NCBI RefSeq assembly: GCF_009914755.1
Contig: NC_060948.1
Direction: 5' to 3' (one strand)
DNA from: the human T2T-CHM13v2.0 reference genome, Homo sapiens
Length of the DNA: 64,000 nucleotides
The translations under genes and the position numbers were made by a program. Shown in pieces: positions 1 to 20,904 of this stretch. The notes under the pieces were generated by a model that had not been told where the DNA came from, searched no databases, and worked only from the letters and a program-made list of their open reading frames with translations. Within the stretch, counting starts at the first letter, position 1; the number at the start of each line of letters is the position of its first letter.

Positions 1-1252
1 TATCTGTTATATATAATACCCATTATGCATAATATATATATTATGTCTATGTTATATATAGTATAAAACAACATATAATAATATATAATTGTATATATAA
101 AATGCGACATATAATATATATTATATTTTATAACATATGTAATATATATTATGTATAATACGTTGTATGTATAATACCTATATTAAATATATATTATATG
201 ACTATGTTATTAATTACATGTCACATGTGTTATATATTATATATTTTACATAGAATATACCAGTTACATACAATATATACTATGTTACCTATAATGTATA
301 ATTTATTACATGTAAAATAAAGAATGCAATATATTATGTATAATTTATAATATACAATATGTGGAATGTGATATATGTAACATATAATATATGATATATG
401 ATATACAGTATATGATATATAACATACAATATATGATTCCTAATATATATGGTATACAATATATATTTTATGATATGTATTCTATATGTTTTATATTCTG
501 TTATATATAACTATTTGAAATTATATATAACTGTATAATATTTTATGTAAATATGTAATATAATATATATAACTATATAATATATTATATATAACTATAT
601 ATTATGTTATATATACTTTTATAACATAATTTACATAAAATATCATAATATAATATATATTATAATATTTCATATTACATAATATATATTACATATCACC
701 CAATATAACTAACATACATAATATTATAATATAGATTATATTATGTTATATTAAATATCATATATATCATGTATCATATATTCTATAATATATATTACAC
801 ATTATATAATATGTATGTTGTCTATTATGTGATATATATAACTATATATATAATTATATTTTTATACATATAACTGGATAAACATGTAATTCTACATATT
901 TTCATTTATAATATGTAGAATTATATAATCATATATAATTATTTATATTCTATAAAAAATTTTATCATTATATAAATTATAATATATAAAAATTATAATA
1001 TGTACTACAAATATATATATATTATATATCATATATGATATAGTACCTTTGTTATATATCATAATACATATAAATGTGTATTATGTTATCTATAATTATA
1101 TAATTTCATATATAAGATGTATAATATGTATCATATATTATATATGTTATGTAATATATATAGTATATATAAGATGACACAGGATAAATATTATATACTA
1201 TGACATATAAAATATATGAGGTTATATGTTACATATAAGGCATAGCACATAA

Positions 1253-1567
<315 letters not shown>

Positions 1568-2140
1568 AGATCCATATTTTTTAAATGAAAAAAAATTTCA
1601 AAGGTACTCTGCTTGGTACAATAATCAAATGTATAAACTGAGGAATAAAACATAACCATGAAACCTACTTATAACTGCATATGGAAAATACAGAGGATAA
1701 TTTTTTAAATAACATATTTTGAAAGCCTTAACTAGTAATTTGAAGAGTTGGCATTTGAAAGGCCAGTATGAATATACCTTCAAAGCAGCAACACAGGTTC
1801 CCCATGAGAAAAAGCAAACACAGGGAAAATAAAAACACAAAGGTTCAATCTCTTCTGACCTTTGAAAGACACAGCACAGACAGTGGTCCTTAGGACGAAG
1901 AGCAGGAGACCCCTAATTCCGTCACCATGGCGATAGGGCATAAACATTGCTGGGTGAGGGCACAATCCACATTGTGAGGTCCAACTGCTGCCAGGAAGAC
2001 AGGAGTGCTTTTACATAGACCGAAAGGTCATTGAAGGCTCAGAGTTTTGTTTCAAGAACTGAATCCCAAGCCCACACGTTATTAGGCTGCGCTTCTTAAA
2101 ACAAGTTATGAGATGGGAAAAAGGGCACCCACAAACATAC
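1568..2140. repeat. HSATI-like segment of the DYZ2 unit (first copy; follows each of the 20 Alu copies)
   Basis: ~570 bp of non-periodic, moderate-GC sequence from AGATCCATATTTTTTAAATG to GGGCACCCACAAACATAC, between the Alu 5' end and the AT-rich block. Position and size fit the HSATI component of DYZ2; right boundary approximate. Confidence 0.82.
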
Positions 2141-3989
<1,849 letters not shown>

Positions 3990-6117
3990 AGATCCATATT
4001 TTTTAAATGAAAAAAAATTTCAAAGGTACTCTGCTTGGTACAATAATCAAATGTATAAACTGAGGAATAAAACATAACCATGAAACCTACTTATAACTGC
4101 ATATGGAAAATACAGAGGATAATTTTTTAAATAACATATTTTGAAAGCCTTAACTAGTAATTTGAAGAGTTGGCATTTGAAAGGCCAGTATGAATATACC
4201 TTCAAAGCAGCAACACAGGTTCCCCATGAGAAAAAGCAAACACAGGGAAAATAAAAACACAAAGGTTCAATCTCTTCTGACCTTTGAAAGACACAGCACA
4301 GACAGTGGTCCTTAGGACGAAGAGCAGGAGACCCCTAATTCCGTCACCATGGCGATAGGGCATAAACATTGCAGGGTGAGGGCACAATCCACATTGTGAG
4401 GTCCAACTGCTGCCAGGAAGACAGGAGTGCTTTTACATAGACCGAAAGGTCATTGAAGGCTCAGAGTTTTCTTTCAAGAACTGAATCCCAAGCCCACACG
4501 TTATTAGGCTGCGCTTCTTAAAACAAGTTATGAGATGGGAAAAAGGGCACCCACAAACATACGTATACATTATGTATATAATAATATACAGTATCATATA
4601 TATAATATATATAACCTATGTATAATATTGTTTTACATCCTGCATCTTATGTTATATATATTGTATAAAATATAATAATTGATAATATATAAGTTTTATA
4701 ATTATACAATATGACATATAGTATATATTATAATTTATGGCATATATAATATATGTTATATATCATATATAGAATATATTATACGGTTAATATACGTATT
4801 AAATATAAATTATACATTATATATATTATATATAATATATCTGTTATATATAATACCCATTATGCATAATATATATATTATGTCTATGTTATATATAGTA
4901 TAAAACAACATATAATAATATATAATTGTATATATAAAATGCGACATATAATATATATTATATTTTACAACATATGTAATATATATTATATATTATATAT
5001 AATACGTTGTATGTATAATACCTATATTAAATATATATTATATGACTATGTTATTAATTACATGTCACATGTGTTATAAATTATATATTTTACATAGAAT
5101 ATACCGGTTACATACAATATATACTATGTTACCTATAATGTATAATTTATTACATGTAAAATAAAGAATGCAATATATTATGTATAATTTATAATATACA
5201 ATATGTGGAATGTGATATATATAACATATAATATATGATATATGATATACAGTATATGATATATAACATACAATATATGATTCCTAATATATATGGTATA
5301 CAATATATATTTTATGATATGTATTCTATATGTTTTATATTCTGTTATATATAACTATTTGAAATTATATATAACTGTATAATATTTTATGTAAATATGT
5401 AATATAATATATATAACTATATAATATGTTATATATAACTATATATTATGTTATATATACTTTTATAACATAATTTACATAAAATATCATAATATAATAT
5501 ATATTATATTATTTCATATTACATAATATATATTACATATCACCCAATATAACTAACATACATAATATTATAATATAGATTATATTATGTTATATTAAAT
5601 ATCATATATATCATGTATCATATATTCTATAATATATATTACACATTATATAATATGTATGTTGTCTATTATGTGATATATATAACTATATATATAATTA
5701 TATTTTTATACATATAACTAGATAAACATGTAATTCTACATATTTTCATTTATAATATGTAGAATTATATAATCATATATAATTATTTATATTCTATAAA
5801 AAATTTTATCATTATATAAATTATAATATATAAAAATTATAATATGTACTACACATATATATATTATATATCATATATGATATAGTACCTTTGTTATATA
5901 TCATAATACATATAAATGTGTATTATGTTATCTATAATTATATAATTTCATATATAAGATGTATAATATGTATCATATATTATATATGTTATGTAATATA
6001 TATAGTATATATAAGATGACACAGGATAAATATTATATACTATGACATATAAAATATATGAGGTTATATGTTACATATAAGGCATAGCACATAACATGTA
6101 ATATATATCATATATAA

Positions 6118-6409
6118 TTTTTTTTTAGACAGAATCTTGTCCTGTTGCACAGGGTGGGGTACAATGGCGCCATCTTTGCTCACTGCAACTTCTGCCTCAC
6201 GGGTCCAAACGATGGTCCTCCCTCAGCCTCCCAGGTAGCTGGGACTACACCACACTGGGACTACACCAGCTGCCACCATGCCTAGCTAATTTTTTGGATT
6301 TTTAGTAGTGACAGCGTTTCACTGTATTGGCCAGGATGGTCTTGATCTCTTCACCTTGTGATCCCCTTGCCTTGGCCTCCAAATTTGCTGGGATTACAGG
6401 CCTGAGCCA
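6118..6409 (-). mobile_element. AluY-like, DYZ2 copy 3
   Basis: Near-identical to copy 1. Confidence 0.95.
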
Positions 6410-8509
6410 AGATCCATATTTTTTAAATGAAAAAAAATTTCAAAGGTACTCTGCTTGGTACAATAATCAAATGTATAAACTGAGGAATAAAACATAACCA
6501 TGAAACCTACTTATAACTGCATATGGAAAATACAGAGGATAATTTTTTAAATAACATATTTTGAAAGCCTTAACTAGTAATTTGAAGAGTTGGCATTTGA
6601 AAGGCCAGTATGAATATACCTTCAAAGCAGCAACACAGGTTCCCCATGAGAAAAAGCAAACACAGGGAAAATAAAAACACAAAGGTTCAATCTCTTCTGA
6701 CCTTTGAAAGACACAGCACAGACAGTGGTCCTTAGGACGAAGAGCAGGAGACCCCTAATTCCGTCACCATGGCGATAGGGCATAAACATTGCAGGGTGAG
6801 GGCACAATCCACATTGTGAGGTCCAACTGCTGCCAGGAAGACAGGAGTGCTTTTACATAGACCGAAAGGTCATTGAAGGCTCAGAGTTTTCTTTCAAGAA
6901 CTGAATCCCAAGCCCACACGTTATTAGGCTGCGCTTCTTAAAACAAGTTATGAGATGGGAAAAAGGGCACCCACAAACATACGTATACATTATGTATATA
7001 ATAATATACAGTATCATATATATAATATATATAACCTATGTATAATATTGTTTTACATCCTGCATCTTATGTTATATATATTGTATAAAATATAATAATT
7101 GATAATATATAAGTTTTATAATTATACAATATGACATAGAGTATATATTATAATTTATGACATATATAATATATGTTATATATCATATATAGAATATATT
7201 ATACGGTTAATATACGTATTAAATATAAATTATACTTTATATATATTATATATAATATATCTGTTATATATAATACCCATTATGCATAATATATATATTA
7301 TGTCTATGTTATATATAGTATAAAACAACATATAATAATATATAATTGTATATATAAAATGCGACATATAATATATATTATATTTTATAACATATGTAAT
7401 ATATATTATATATAATACGTTGTATGTATAATACCTATATTAAATATATATTATATGACTATGTTATTAATTACATGTCACATGTGTTATATATTATATA
7501 TTTTACATAGAATATACCGGTTACATACAATATATACTATGTTACCTATAATGTATAATTTATTACATGTAAAATAAAGAATGCAATATATTATGTATAA
7601 TTTATAATATACAATATGTGGAATGTGATATATGTAACATATAATATATGATATATGATATACAGTATATGATATATAACATACAATATATGATTCCTAA
7701 TATATATGGTATACAATATATATTTTATGATATGTATTCTATATGTTTTATATTCTGTTATATATAACTATTTGAAATTATATATAACTGTATAATATTT
7801 TATGTAAATATGTAATATAATATATATAACTATATAATATATTATATATAACTATATATTATGTTATATATACTTTTATAACATAATTTACATAAAATAT
7901 CATAATATAATATATACTATAATATTTCATATTACATAATATATATTACATATCACCCAATATAACTAACATACATAATATTATAATATAGATTATATTA
8001 TGTTATATTAAATATCATATATATCATGTATCATATATTCTATAATATATATTACACATTATATAATATGTATGTTGTCTATTATGTGATATATATAACT
8101 ATATATATAATTATATTTTTATACATATAACTAGATAAACATGTAATTCTACATATTTTCATTTATAATATGTAGAATTATATAATCATATATAATTATT
8201 TATATTCTATAAAAAATTTTATCATTATATAAATTATAATATATAAAAATTATAATATGTACTACAAATATATATATATTATATATCATATATGATATAG
8301 TACCTTTGTTATATATCATAATACATATAAATGTGTATTATGTTATCTATAATTATATAATTTCATATATAAGATGTATAATATGTATCATATATTATAT
8401 ATGTTATGTAATATATATAGTATATATAAGATGACACAGGATAAATATTATATACTATGACATATAAAATATATGAGGTTATTTGTTACATATAAGGCAT
8501 AGCACATAA

Positions 8510-8824
<315 letters not shown>

Positions 8825-10929
8825 AGATCCATATTTTTTAAATGAAAAAAAATTTCAAAGGTACTCTGCTTGGTACAATAATCAAATGTATAAACTGAGG
8901 AATAAAACATAACCATGAAACCTACTTATAACTGCATATGGAAAATACAGAGGATAATTTTTTAAATAACATATTTTGAAAGCCTTAACTAGTAATTTGA
9001 AGAGTTGGCATTTGAAAGGCCAGTATGAATATACCTTCAAAGCAGCAACACAGGTTCCCCATGAGAAAAAGCAAACACAGGGAAAATAAAAACACAAAGG
9101 TTCAATCTCTTCTGACCTTTGAAAGACACAGCACAGACAGTGGTCCTTAGGACGAAGAGCAGGAGACCCCTAATTCCGTCACCATGGCGATAGGGCATAA
9201 ACATTGCTGGGTGAGGGCACAATCCACATTGTGAGGTCCAACTGCTGCCAGGAAGACAGGAGTGCTTTTACATAGACCGAAAGGTCATTGAAGGCTCAGA
9301 GTTTTCTTTCAAGAACTGAATCCCAAGCCCACACGTTATTAGGCTGCGCTTCTTAAAACAAGTTATGAGATGGGAAAAAGGGCACCCACAAACATACGTA
9401 TACATTATGTATATAATAATATACAGTATCATATATATAATATATATAACCTATGTATAATATTGTTTTACATCCTGCATCTTATGTTATATATATTGTA
9501 TAAAATATAATAATTGATAATATATAAGTTTTATAATTATACAATATGACATATAGTATATATTATAATTTATGGCATATATAATATATGTTATATATCA
9601 TATATAGAATATATTATACGGTTAATATACGTATTAAATATAAATTATACATTATATATATTATATATAATATATCTGTTATATATAATACCCATTATGC
9701 ATAATATATATATTATGTCTATGTTATATATAGTATAAAACAACATATAATAATATATAATTGTATATATAAAATGCGACATATAATATATATTATATTT
9801 TACAACATATGTAATATATATTATATATTATATATAATACGTTGTATGTATAATACCTATATTAAATATATATTATATGACTATGTTATTAATTACATGT
9901 CACATGTGTTATAAATTATATATTTTACATAGAATATACCGGTTACATACAATATATACTATGTTACCTATAATGTATAATTTATTACATGTAAAATAAA
10001 GAATGCAATATATTATGTATAATTTATAATATACAATATGTGGAATGTGATATATATAACATATAATATATGATATATGATATACAGTATATGCTATATA
10101 ACATACAATATATGATTCCTAATATATATGGTATACAATATATATTTTATGATATGTATTCTATATGTTTTATATTCTGTTATATATAACTATTTGAAAT
10201 TATATATAACTGTATAATATTTTATGTAAATATGTAATATAATATATATAACTATATAATATGTTATATATAACTATATATTATGTTATATATACTTTTA
10301 TAACATAATTTACATAAAATATCATAATATAATATATATTATATTATTTCATATTACCTTATATATATTACATATCACCCAATATAACTAACATACATAA
10401 TATTATAATATAGATTATATTGTGTTATATTAAATATCATATATATCATGTATCATATATTCTATAATATATATTACACATTATATAATATGTATGTTGT
10501 CTATTATGTGATATATATAACTATATATATAATTATATTTTTATACATATAACTAGATAAACATGTAATTCTACATATTTTCATTTATAATATGTAGAAT
10601 TATATAATCATATATAATTATTTATATTCTATAAAAAATTTTATCATTATATAAATTATAATATATAAAAATTATAATATGTACTATACATATATATATT
10701 ATATATCATATATGATATAGTACCTTTGTTATATATCATAATACATATAAATGTGTATTATGTTATCTATAATTATATAATTTCATATATAAGATGTATA
10801 ATATGTATCATATATTATATATGTTATGTAATATATATAGTATATATAAGATGACACAGGATAAATATTATATACTATGACATATAAAATATATGAGGTT
10901 ATATGTTACATATAAGGCATAGCACATAA

Positions 10930-11244
<315 letters not shown>

Positions 11245-13344
11245 AGATCCATATTTTTTAAATGAAAAAAAATTTCAAAGGTACTCTGCTTGGTACAATA
11301 ATCAAATGTATAAACTGAGGAATAAAACATAACCATGAAACCTACTTATAACTGCATATGGAAAATACAGAGGATAATTTTTTAAATAACATATTTTGAA
11401 AGCCTTAACTAGTAATTTGAAGAGTTGGCATTTGAAAGGCCAGTATGAATATACCTTCAAAGCAGCAACACAGGTTCCCCATGAGAAAAAGCAAACACAG
11501 GGAAAATAAAAACACAAAGGTTCAATCTCTTCTGACCTTTGAAAGACACAGCACAGACAGTGGTCCTTAGGACGAAGAGCAGGAGACCCCTAATTCCGTC
11601 ACCATGGCGATAGGGCATAAACATTGCTGGGTGAGGGCACAATCCACATTGTGAGGTCCAACTGCTGCCAGGAAGACAGGAGTGCTTTTACATAGACCGA
11701 AAGGTCATTGAAGGCTCAGAGTTTTGTTTCAAGAACTGAATCCCAAGCCCACACGTTATTAGGCTGCGCTTCTTAAAACAAGTTATGAGATGGGAAAAAG
11801 GGCACCCACAAACATACGTATACATTATGTATATAATAATATACAGTATCATATATATAATATATATAACCTATGTATAATATTGTTTTACATCCTGCAT
11901 CTTATGTTATATATATTGTATAAAATATAATAATTGATAATATATAAGTTTTATAATTATACAATATGACATAGAGTATATATTATAATTTATGACATAT
12001 ATAATATATGTTATATATCATATATAGAATATATTATACGGTTAATATACGTATTAAATATAAATTATACATTATATATATTATATATAATATATCTGTT
12101 ATATATAATACCCATTATGCATAATATATATATTATGTCTATGTTATATATAGTATAAAACAACATATAATAATATATAATTGTATATATAAAATGCGAC
12201 ATATAATATATATTATATTTTATAACATATGTAATATATATTATATATAATACGTTGTATGTATAATACCTATATTAAATATATATTATATGACTATGTT
12301 ATTAATTACATGTCACATGTGTTATATATTATATATTTTACATAGAATATACCGGTTACATACAATATATACTATGTTACCTATAATGTATAATTTATTA
12401 CATGTAAAATAAAGAATGCAATATATTATGTATAATTTATAATATACAATATGTGGAATGTGATATATGTAACATATAATATATGATATATGATATACAG
12501 TATATGATATATAACATACAATATATGATTCCTAATATATATGGTATACAATATATATTTTATGATATGTATTCTATATGTTTTATATTCTGTTATATAT
12601 AACTATTTGAAATTATATATAACTGTATAATATTTTATGTAAATATGTAATATAATATATATAACTATATAATATATTATATATAACTATATATTATGTT
12701 ATATATACTTTTATAACATAATTTACATAAAATATCATAATATAATATATATTAAATTATTTCATATTACATAATATATATTACATATCACCCAATATAA
12801 CTAACATACATAATATTATAATATAGATTATATTATGTTATATTAAATATCATATATATCATGTATCATATATTCTATAATATATATTACACATTATATA
12901 ATATGTATGTTGTCTATTATGTGATATATATAACTATATATATAATTATATTTTTATACATATAACTGGATAAACATGTAATTCTACATATTTTCATTTA
13001 TAATATGTAGAATTATATAATCATATATAATTATTTATATTCTATAAAAAATTTTATCATTATATAAATTATAATATATAAAAATTATAATATGTACTAC
13101 AAATATATATATATTATATATCATATATGATATAGTACCTTTGTTATATATCATAATACATATAAATGTGTATTATGTTATCTATAATTATATAATTTCA
13201 TATATAAGATGTATAATATGTATCATATATTATATATGTTATGTAATATATATAGTATATATAAGATGACACAGGATAAATATTATATACTATGACATAT
13301 AAAATATATGAGGTTATATGTTACATATAAGGCATAGCACATAA

Positions 13345-13659
<315 letters not shown>

Positions 13660-15759
13660 AGATCCATATTTTTTAAATGAAAAAAAATTTCAAAGGTACT
13701 CTGCTTGGTACAATAATCAAATGTATAAACTGAGGAATAAAACATAACCATGAAACCTACTTATAACTGCATATGGAAAATACAGAGGATAATTTTTTAA
13801 ATAACATATTTTGAAAGCCTTAACTAGTAATTTGAAGAGTTGGCATTTGAAAGGCCAGTATGAATATACCTTCAAAGCAGCAACACAGGTTCCCCATGAG
13901 AAAAAGCAAACACAGGGAAAATAAAAACACAAAGGTTCAATCTCTTCTGACCTTTGAAAGACACAGCACAGACAGTGGTCCTTAGGACGAAGAGCAGGAG
14001 ACCCCTAATTCCGTCACCATGGCGATAGGGCATAAACATTGCTGGGTGAGGGCACAATCCACATTGTGAGGTCCAACTGCTGCCAGGAAGACAGGAGTGC
14101 TTTTACATAGACCGAAAGGTCATTGAAGGCTCAGAGTTTTGTTTCAAGAACTGAATCCCAAGCCCACACGTTATTAGGCTGCGCTTCTTAAAACAAGTTA
14201 TGAGATGGGAAAAAGGGCACCCACAAACATACGTATACATTATGTATATAATAATATACAGTATCATATATATAATATATATAACCTATGTATAATATTG
14301 TTTTACATCCTGCATCTTATGTTATATATATTGTATAAAATATAATAATTGATAATATATAAGTTTTATAATTATACAATATGACATAGAGTATATATTA
14401 TAATTTATGACATATATAATATATGTTATATATCATATATAGAATATATTATACGGTTAATATACGTATTAAATATAAATTATACATTATATATATTATA
14501 TATAATATATCTGTTATATATAATACCCATTATGCATAATATATATATTATGTCTATGTTATATATAGTATAAAACAACATATAATAATATATAATTGTA
14601 TATATAAAATGCGACATATAATATATATTATATTTTATAACATATGTAATATATATTATATATAATACGTTGTATGTATAATACCTATATTAAATATATA
14701 TTATATGACTATGTTATTAATTACATGTCACATGTGTTATATATTATATATTTTACATAGAATATACCGGTTACATACAATATATACTATGTTACCTATA
14801 ATGTATAATTTATTACATGTAAAATAAAGAATGCAATATATTATGTATAATTTATAATATACAATATGTGGAATGTGATATATGTAACATATAATATATG
14901 ATATATGATATACAGTATATGATATATAACATACAATATATGATTCCTAATATATATGGTATACAATATATATTTTATGATATGTATTCTATATGTTTTA
15001 TATTCTGTTATATATAACTATTTGAAATTATATATAACTGTATAATATTTTATGTAAATATGTAATATAATATATATAACTATATAATATATTATATATA
15101 ACTATATATTATGTTATATATACTTTTATAACATAATTTACATAAAATATCATAATATAATATATATTATAATATTTCATATTAAATAATATATATTACA
15201 TATCACCCAATATAACTAACATACATAATATTATAATATAGATTATATTATGTTATATTAAATATCATATATATCATGTATCATATATTCTATAATATAT
15301 ATTACACATTATATAATATGTATGTTGTCTATTATGTGATATATATAACTATATATATAATTATATTTTTATACATATAACTGGATAAACATGTAATTCT
15401 ACATATTTTCATTTATAATATGTAGAATTATATAATCATATATAATTATTTATATTCTATAAAAAATTTTATCATTATATAAATTATAATATATAAAAAT
15501 TATAATATGTACTACAAATATATATATATTATATATCATATATGATATAGTACCTTTGTTATATATCATAATACATATAAATGTGTATTATGTTATCTAT
15601 AATTATATAATTTCATATATAAGATGTATAATATGTATCATATATTATATATGTTATGTAATATATATAGTATATATAAGATGACACAGGATAAATATTA
15701 TATACTATGACATATAAAATATATGAGGTTATATGTTACATATAAGGCATAGCACATAA

Positions 15760-16074
<315 letters not shown>

Positions 16075-18174
16075 AGATCCATATTTTTTAAATGAAAAAA
16101 AATTTCAAAGGTACTCTGCTTGGTACAATAATCAAATGTATAAACTGAGGAATAAAACATAACCATGAAACCTACTTATAACTGCATATGGAAAATACAG
16201 AGGATAATTTTTTAAATAACATATTTTGAAAGCCTTAACTAGTAATTTGAAGAGTTGGCATTTGAAAGGCCAGTATGAATATACCTTCAAAGCAGCAACA
16301 CAGGTTCCCCATGAGAAAAAGCAAACTCAGGGAAAGTAAAAACACAAAGGTTCAATCTCTTCTGACCTTTGAAAGACACAGCACAGACAGTGGTCCTTAG
16401 GACGAAGAGCAGGAGACCCCTAATTCCGTCACCATGGCGATAGGGCATAAACATTGCTGGGTGAGGGCACAATCCACATTGTGAGGTCCAACTGCTGCCA
16501 GGAAGACAGGAGTGCTTTTACATAGACCGAAAGGTCATTGAAGGCTCAGAGTTTTGTTTCAAGAACTGAATCCCAAGCCCACACGTTATTAGGCTGCGCT
16601 TCTTAAAACAAGTTATGAGATGGGAAAAAGGGCACCCACAAACATACGTATACATTATGTATATAATAATATACAGTATCATATATATAATATATATAAC
16701 CTATGTATAATATTGTTTTACATCCTGCATCTTATGTTATATATATTGTATAAAATATAATAATTGATAATATATAAGTTTTATAATTATACAATATGAC
16801 ATAGAGTATATATTATAATTTATGACATATATAATATATGTTATATATCATATATAGAATATATTATACGGTTAATATACGTATTAAATATAAATTATAC
16901 ATTATATATATTATATATAATATATCTGTTATATATAATACCCATTATGCATAATATATATATTATGTCTATGTTATATATAGTATAAAACAACATATAA
17001 TAATATATAATTGTATATATAAAATGCGACATATAATATATATTATATTTTATAACATATGTAATATATATTATATATAATACGTTGTATGTATAATACC
17101 TATATTAAATATATATTATATGACTATGTTATTAATTACATGTCACATGTGTTATATATTATATATTTTACATAGAATATACCGGTTACATACAATATAT
17201 ACTATGTTACCTATAATGTATAATTTATTACATGTAAAATAAAGAATGCAATATATTATGTATAATTTATAATATACAATATGTGGAATGTGATATATGT
17301 AACATATAATATATGATATATGATATACAGTATATGATATATAACATACAATATATGATTCCTAATATATATGGTATACAATATATATTTTATGATATGT
17401 ATTCTATATGTTTTATATTCTGTTATATATAACTATTTGAAATTATATATAACTGTATAATATTTTATGTAAATATGTAATATAATATATATAACTATAT
17501 AATATATTATATATAACTATATATTATGTTATATATACTTTTATAACATAATTTACATAAAATATCATAATATAATATATATTATAATATTTCATATTAC
17601 ATAATATATATTACATATCACCCAATATAACTAACATACATAATATTATAATATAGATTATATTATGTTATATTAAATATCATATATATCATGTATCATA
17701 TATTCTATAATATATATTACACATTATATAATATGTATGTTGTCTATTATGTGATATATGTAACTATATATATAATTATATTTTTATACATATAACTGGA
17801 TAAACATGTAATTCTACATATTTTCATTTATAATATGTAGAATTATATAATCATATATAATTATTTATATTCTATAAAAAATTTTATCATTATATAAATT
17901 ATAATATATAAAAATTATAATATGTACTACAAATATATATATATTATATATCATATATGATATAGTACCTTTGTTATATATCATAATACATATAAATGTG
18001 TATTATGTTATCTATAATTATATAATTTCATATATAAGATGTATAATATGTATCATATATTATATATGTTATGTAATATATATAGTATATATAAGATGAC
18101 ACAGGATAAATATTATATACTATGACATATAAAATATATGAGGTTATATGTTACATATAAGGCATAGCACATAA

Positions 18175-18489
<315 letters not shown>

Positions 18490-20589
18490 AGATCCATATT
18501 TTTTAAATGAAAAAAAATTTCAAAGGTACTCTGCTTGGTACAATAATCAAATGTATAAACTGAGGAATAAAACATAACCATGAAACCTACTTATAACTGC
18601 ATATGGAAAATACAGAGGATAATTTTTTAAATAACATATTTTGAAAGCCTTAACTAGTAATTTGAAGAGTTGGCATTTGAAAGGCCAGTATGAATATACC
18701 TTCAAAGCAGCAACACAGGTTCCCCATGAGAAAAAGCAAACACAGGGAAAATAAAAACACAAAGGTTCAATCTCTTCTGACCTTTGAAAGACACAGCACA
18801 GACAGTGGTCCTTAGGACGAAGAGCAGGAGACCCCTAATTCCGTCACCATGGCGATAGGGCATAAACATTGCTGGGTGAGGGCACAATCCACATTGTGAG
18901 GTCCAACTGCTGCCAGGAAGACAGGAGTGCTTTTACATAGACCGAAAGGTCATTGAAGGCTCAGAGTTTTGTTTCAAGAACTGAATCCCAAGCCCACACG
19001 TTATTAGGCTGCGCTTCTTAAAACAAGTTATGAGATGGGAAAAAGGGCACCCACAAACATACGTATACATTATGTATATAATAATATACAGTATCATATA
19101 TATAATATATATAACCTATGTATAATATTGTTTTACATCCTGCATCTTATGTTATATATATTGTATAAAATATAATAATTGATAATATATAAGTTTTATA
19201 ATTATACAATATGACATAGAGTATATATTATAATTTATGACATATATAATATATGTTATATATCATATATAGAATATATTATACGGTTAATATACGTATT
19301 AAATATAAATTATACATTATATATATTATATATAATATATCTGTTATATATAATACCCATTATGCATAATATATATATTATGTCTATGTTATATATAGTA
19401 TAAAACAACATATAATAATATATAATTGTATATATAAAATGCGACATATAATATATATTATATTTTATAACATATGTAATATATATTATATATAATACGT
19501 TGTATGTATAATACCTATATTAAATATATATTATATGACTATGTTATTAATTACATGTCACATGTGTTATATATTATATATTTTACATAGAATATACCGG
19601 TTACATACAATATATACTATGTTACCTATAATGTATAATTTATTACATGTAAAATAAAGAATGCAATATATTATGTATAATTTATAATATACAATATGTG
19701 GAATGTGATATATGTAACATATAATATATGATATATGATATACAGTATATGATATATAACATACAATATATGATTCCTAATATATATGGTATACAATATA
19801 TATTTTATGATATGTATTCTATATGTTTTATATTCTGTTATATATAACTATTTGAAATTATATATAACTGTATAATATTTTATGTAAATATGTAATATAA
19901 TATATATAACTATATAATATATTATATATAACTATATATTATGTTATATATACTTTTATAACATAATTTACATAAAATATCATAATATAATATATATTAT
20001 AATATTTCATATTACATAATATATATTACATATCACCCAATATAACTAACATACATAATATTATAATATAGATTATATTATGTTATATTAAATATCATAT
20101 ATATCATGTATCATATATTCTATAATATATATTACACATTATATAATATGTATGTTGTCTATTATGTGATATATGTAACTATATATATAATTATATTTTT
20201 ATACATATAACTGGATAAACATGTAATTCTACATATTTTCATTTATAATATGTAGAATTATATAATCATATATAATTATTTATATTCTATAAAAAATTTT
20301 ATCATTATATAAATTATAATATATAAAAATTATAATATGTACTACAAATATATATATATTATATATCATATATGATATAGTACCTTTGTTATATATCATA
20401 ATACATATAAATGTGTATTATGTTATCTATAATTATATAATTTCATATATAAGATGTATAATATGTATCATATATTATATATGTTATGTAATATATATAG
20501 TATATATAAGATGACACAGGATAAATATTATATACTATGACATATAAAATATATGAGGTTATATGTTACATATAAGGCATAGCACATAA

Positions 20590-20904
<315 letters not shown>

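Noticed and set aside
1670-1785. Splice-like signals on the minus strand of HSATI (TCCTCTGTATTTTCCATATGCAG acceptor; GAAGGTAT donor)
   Set aside because: Such motifs arise by chance and no coherent exon or reading frame can be built; spliced RNA reads would be needed.
1625-1965. Recurrent 71-aa and 61-aa minus-strand ORFs in HSATI, repeated in nearly every unit
   Set aside because: They recur only because the DNA is tandemly duplicated. They are short, overlapping, show no recognisable domain, and are freely broken or extended by SNVs (71-aa ORF lost in units 7, 18 and 20; extended to 80 aa at 35442).
1921-1977. Strong Kozak-like context GTCACCATGG on the + strand
   Set aside because: It opens only a 16-codon ORF, with no promoter or exon evidence.
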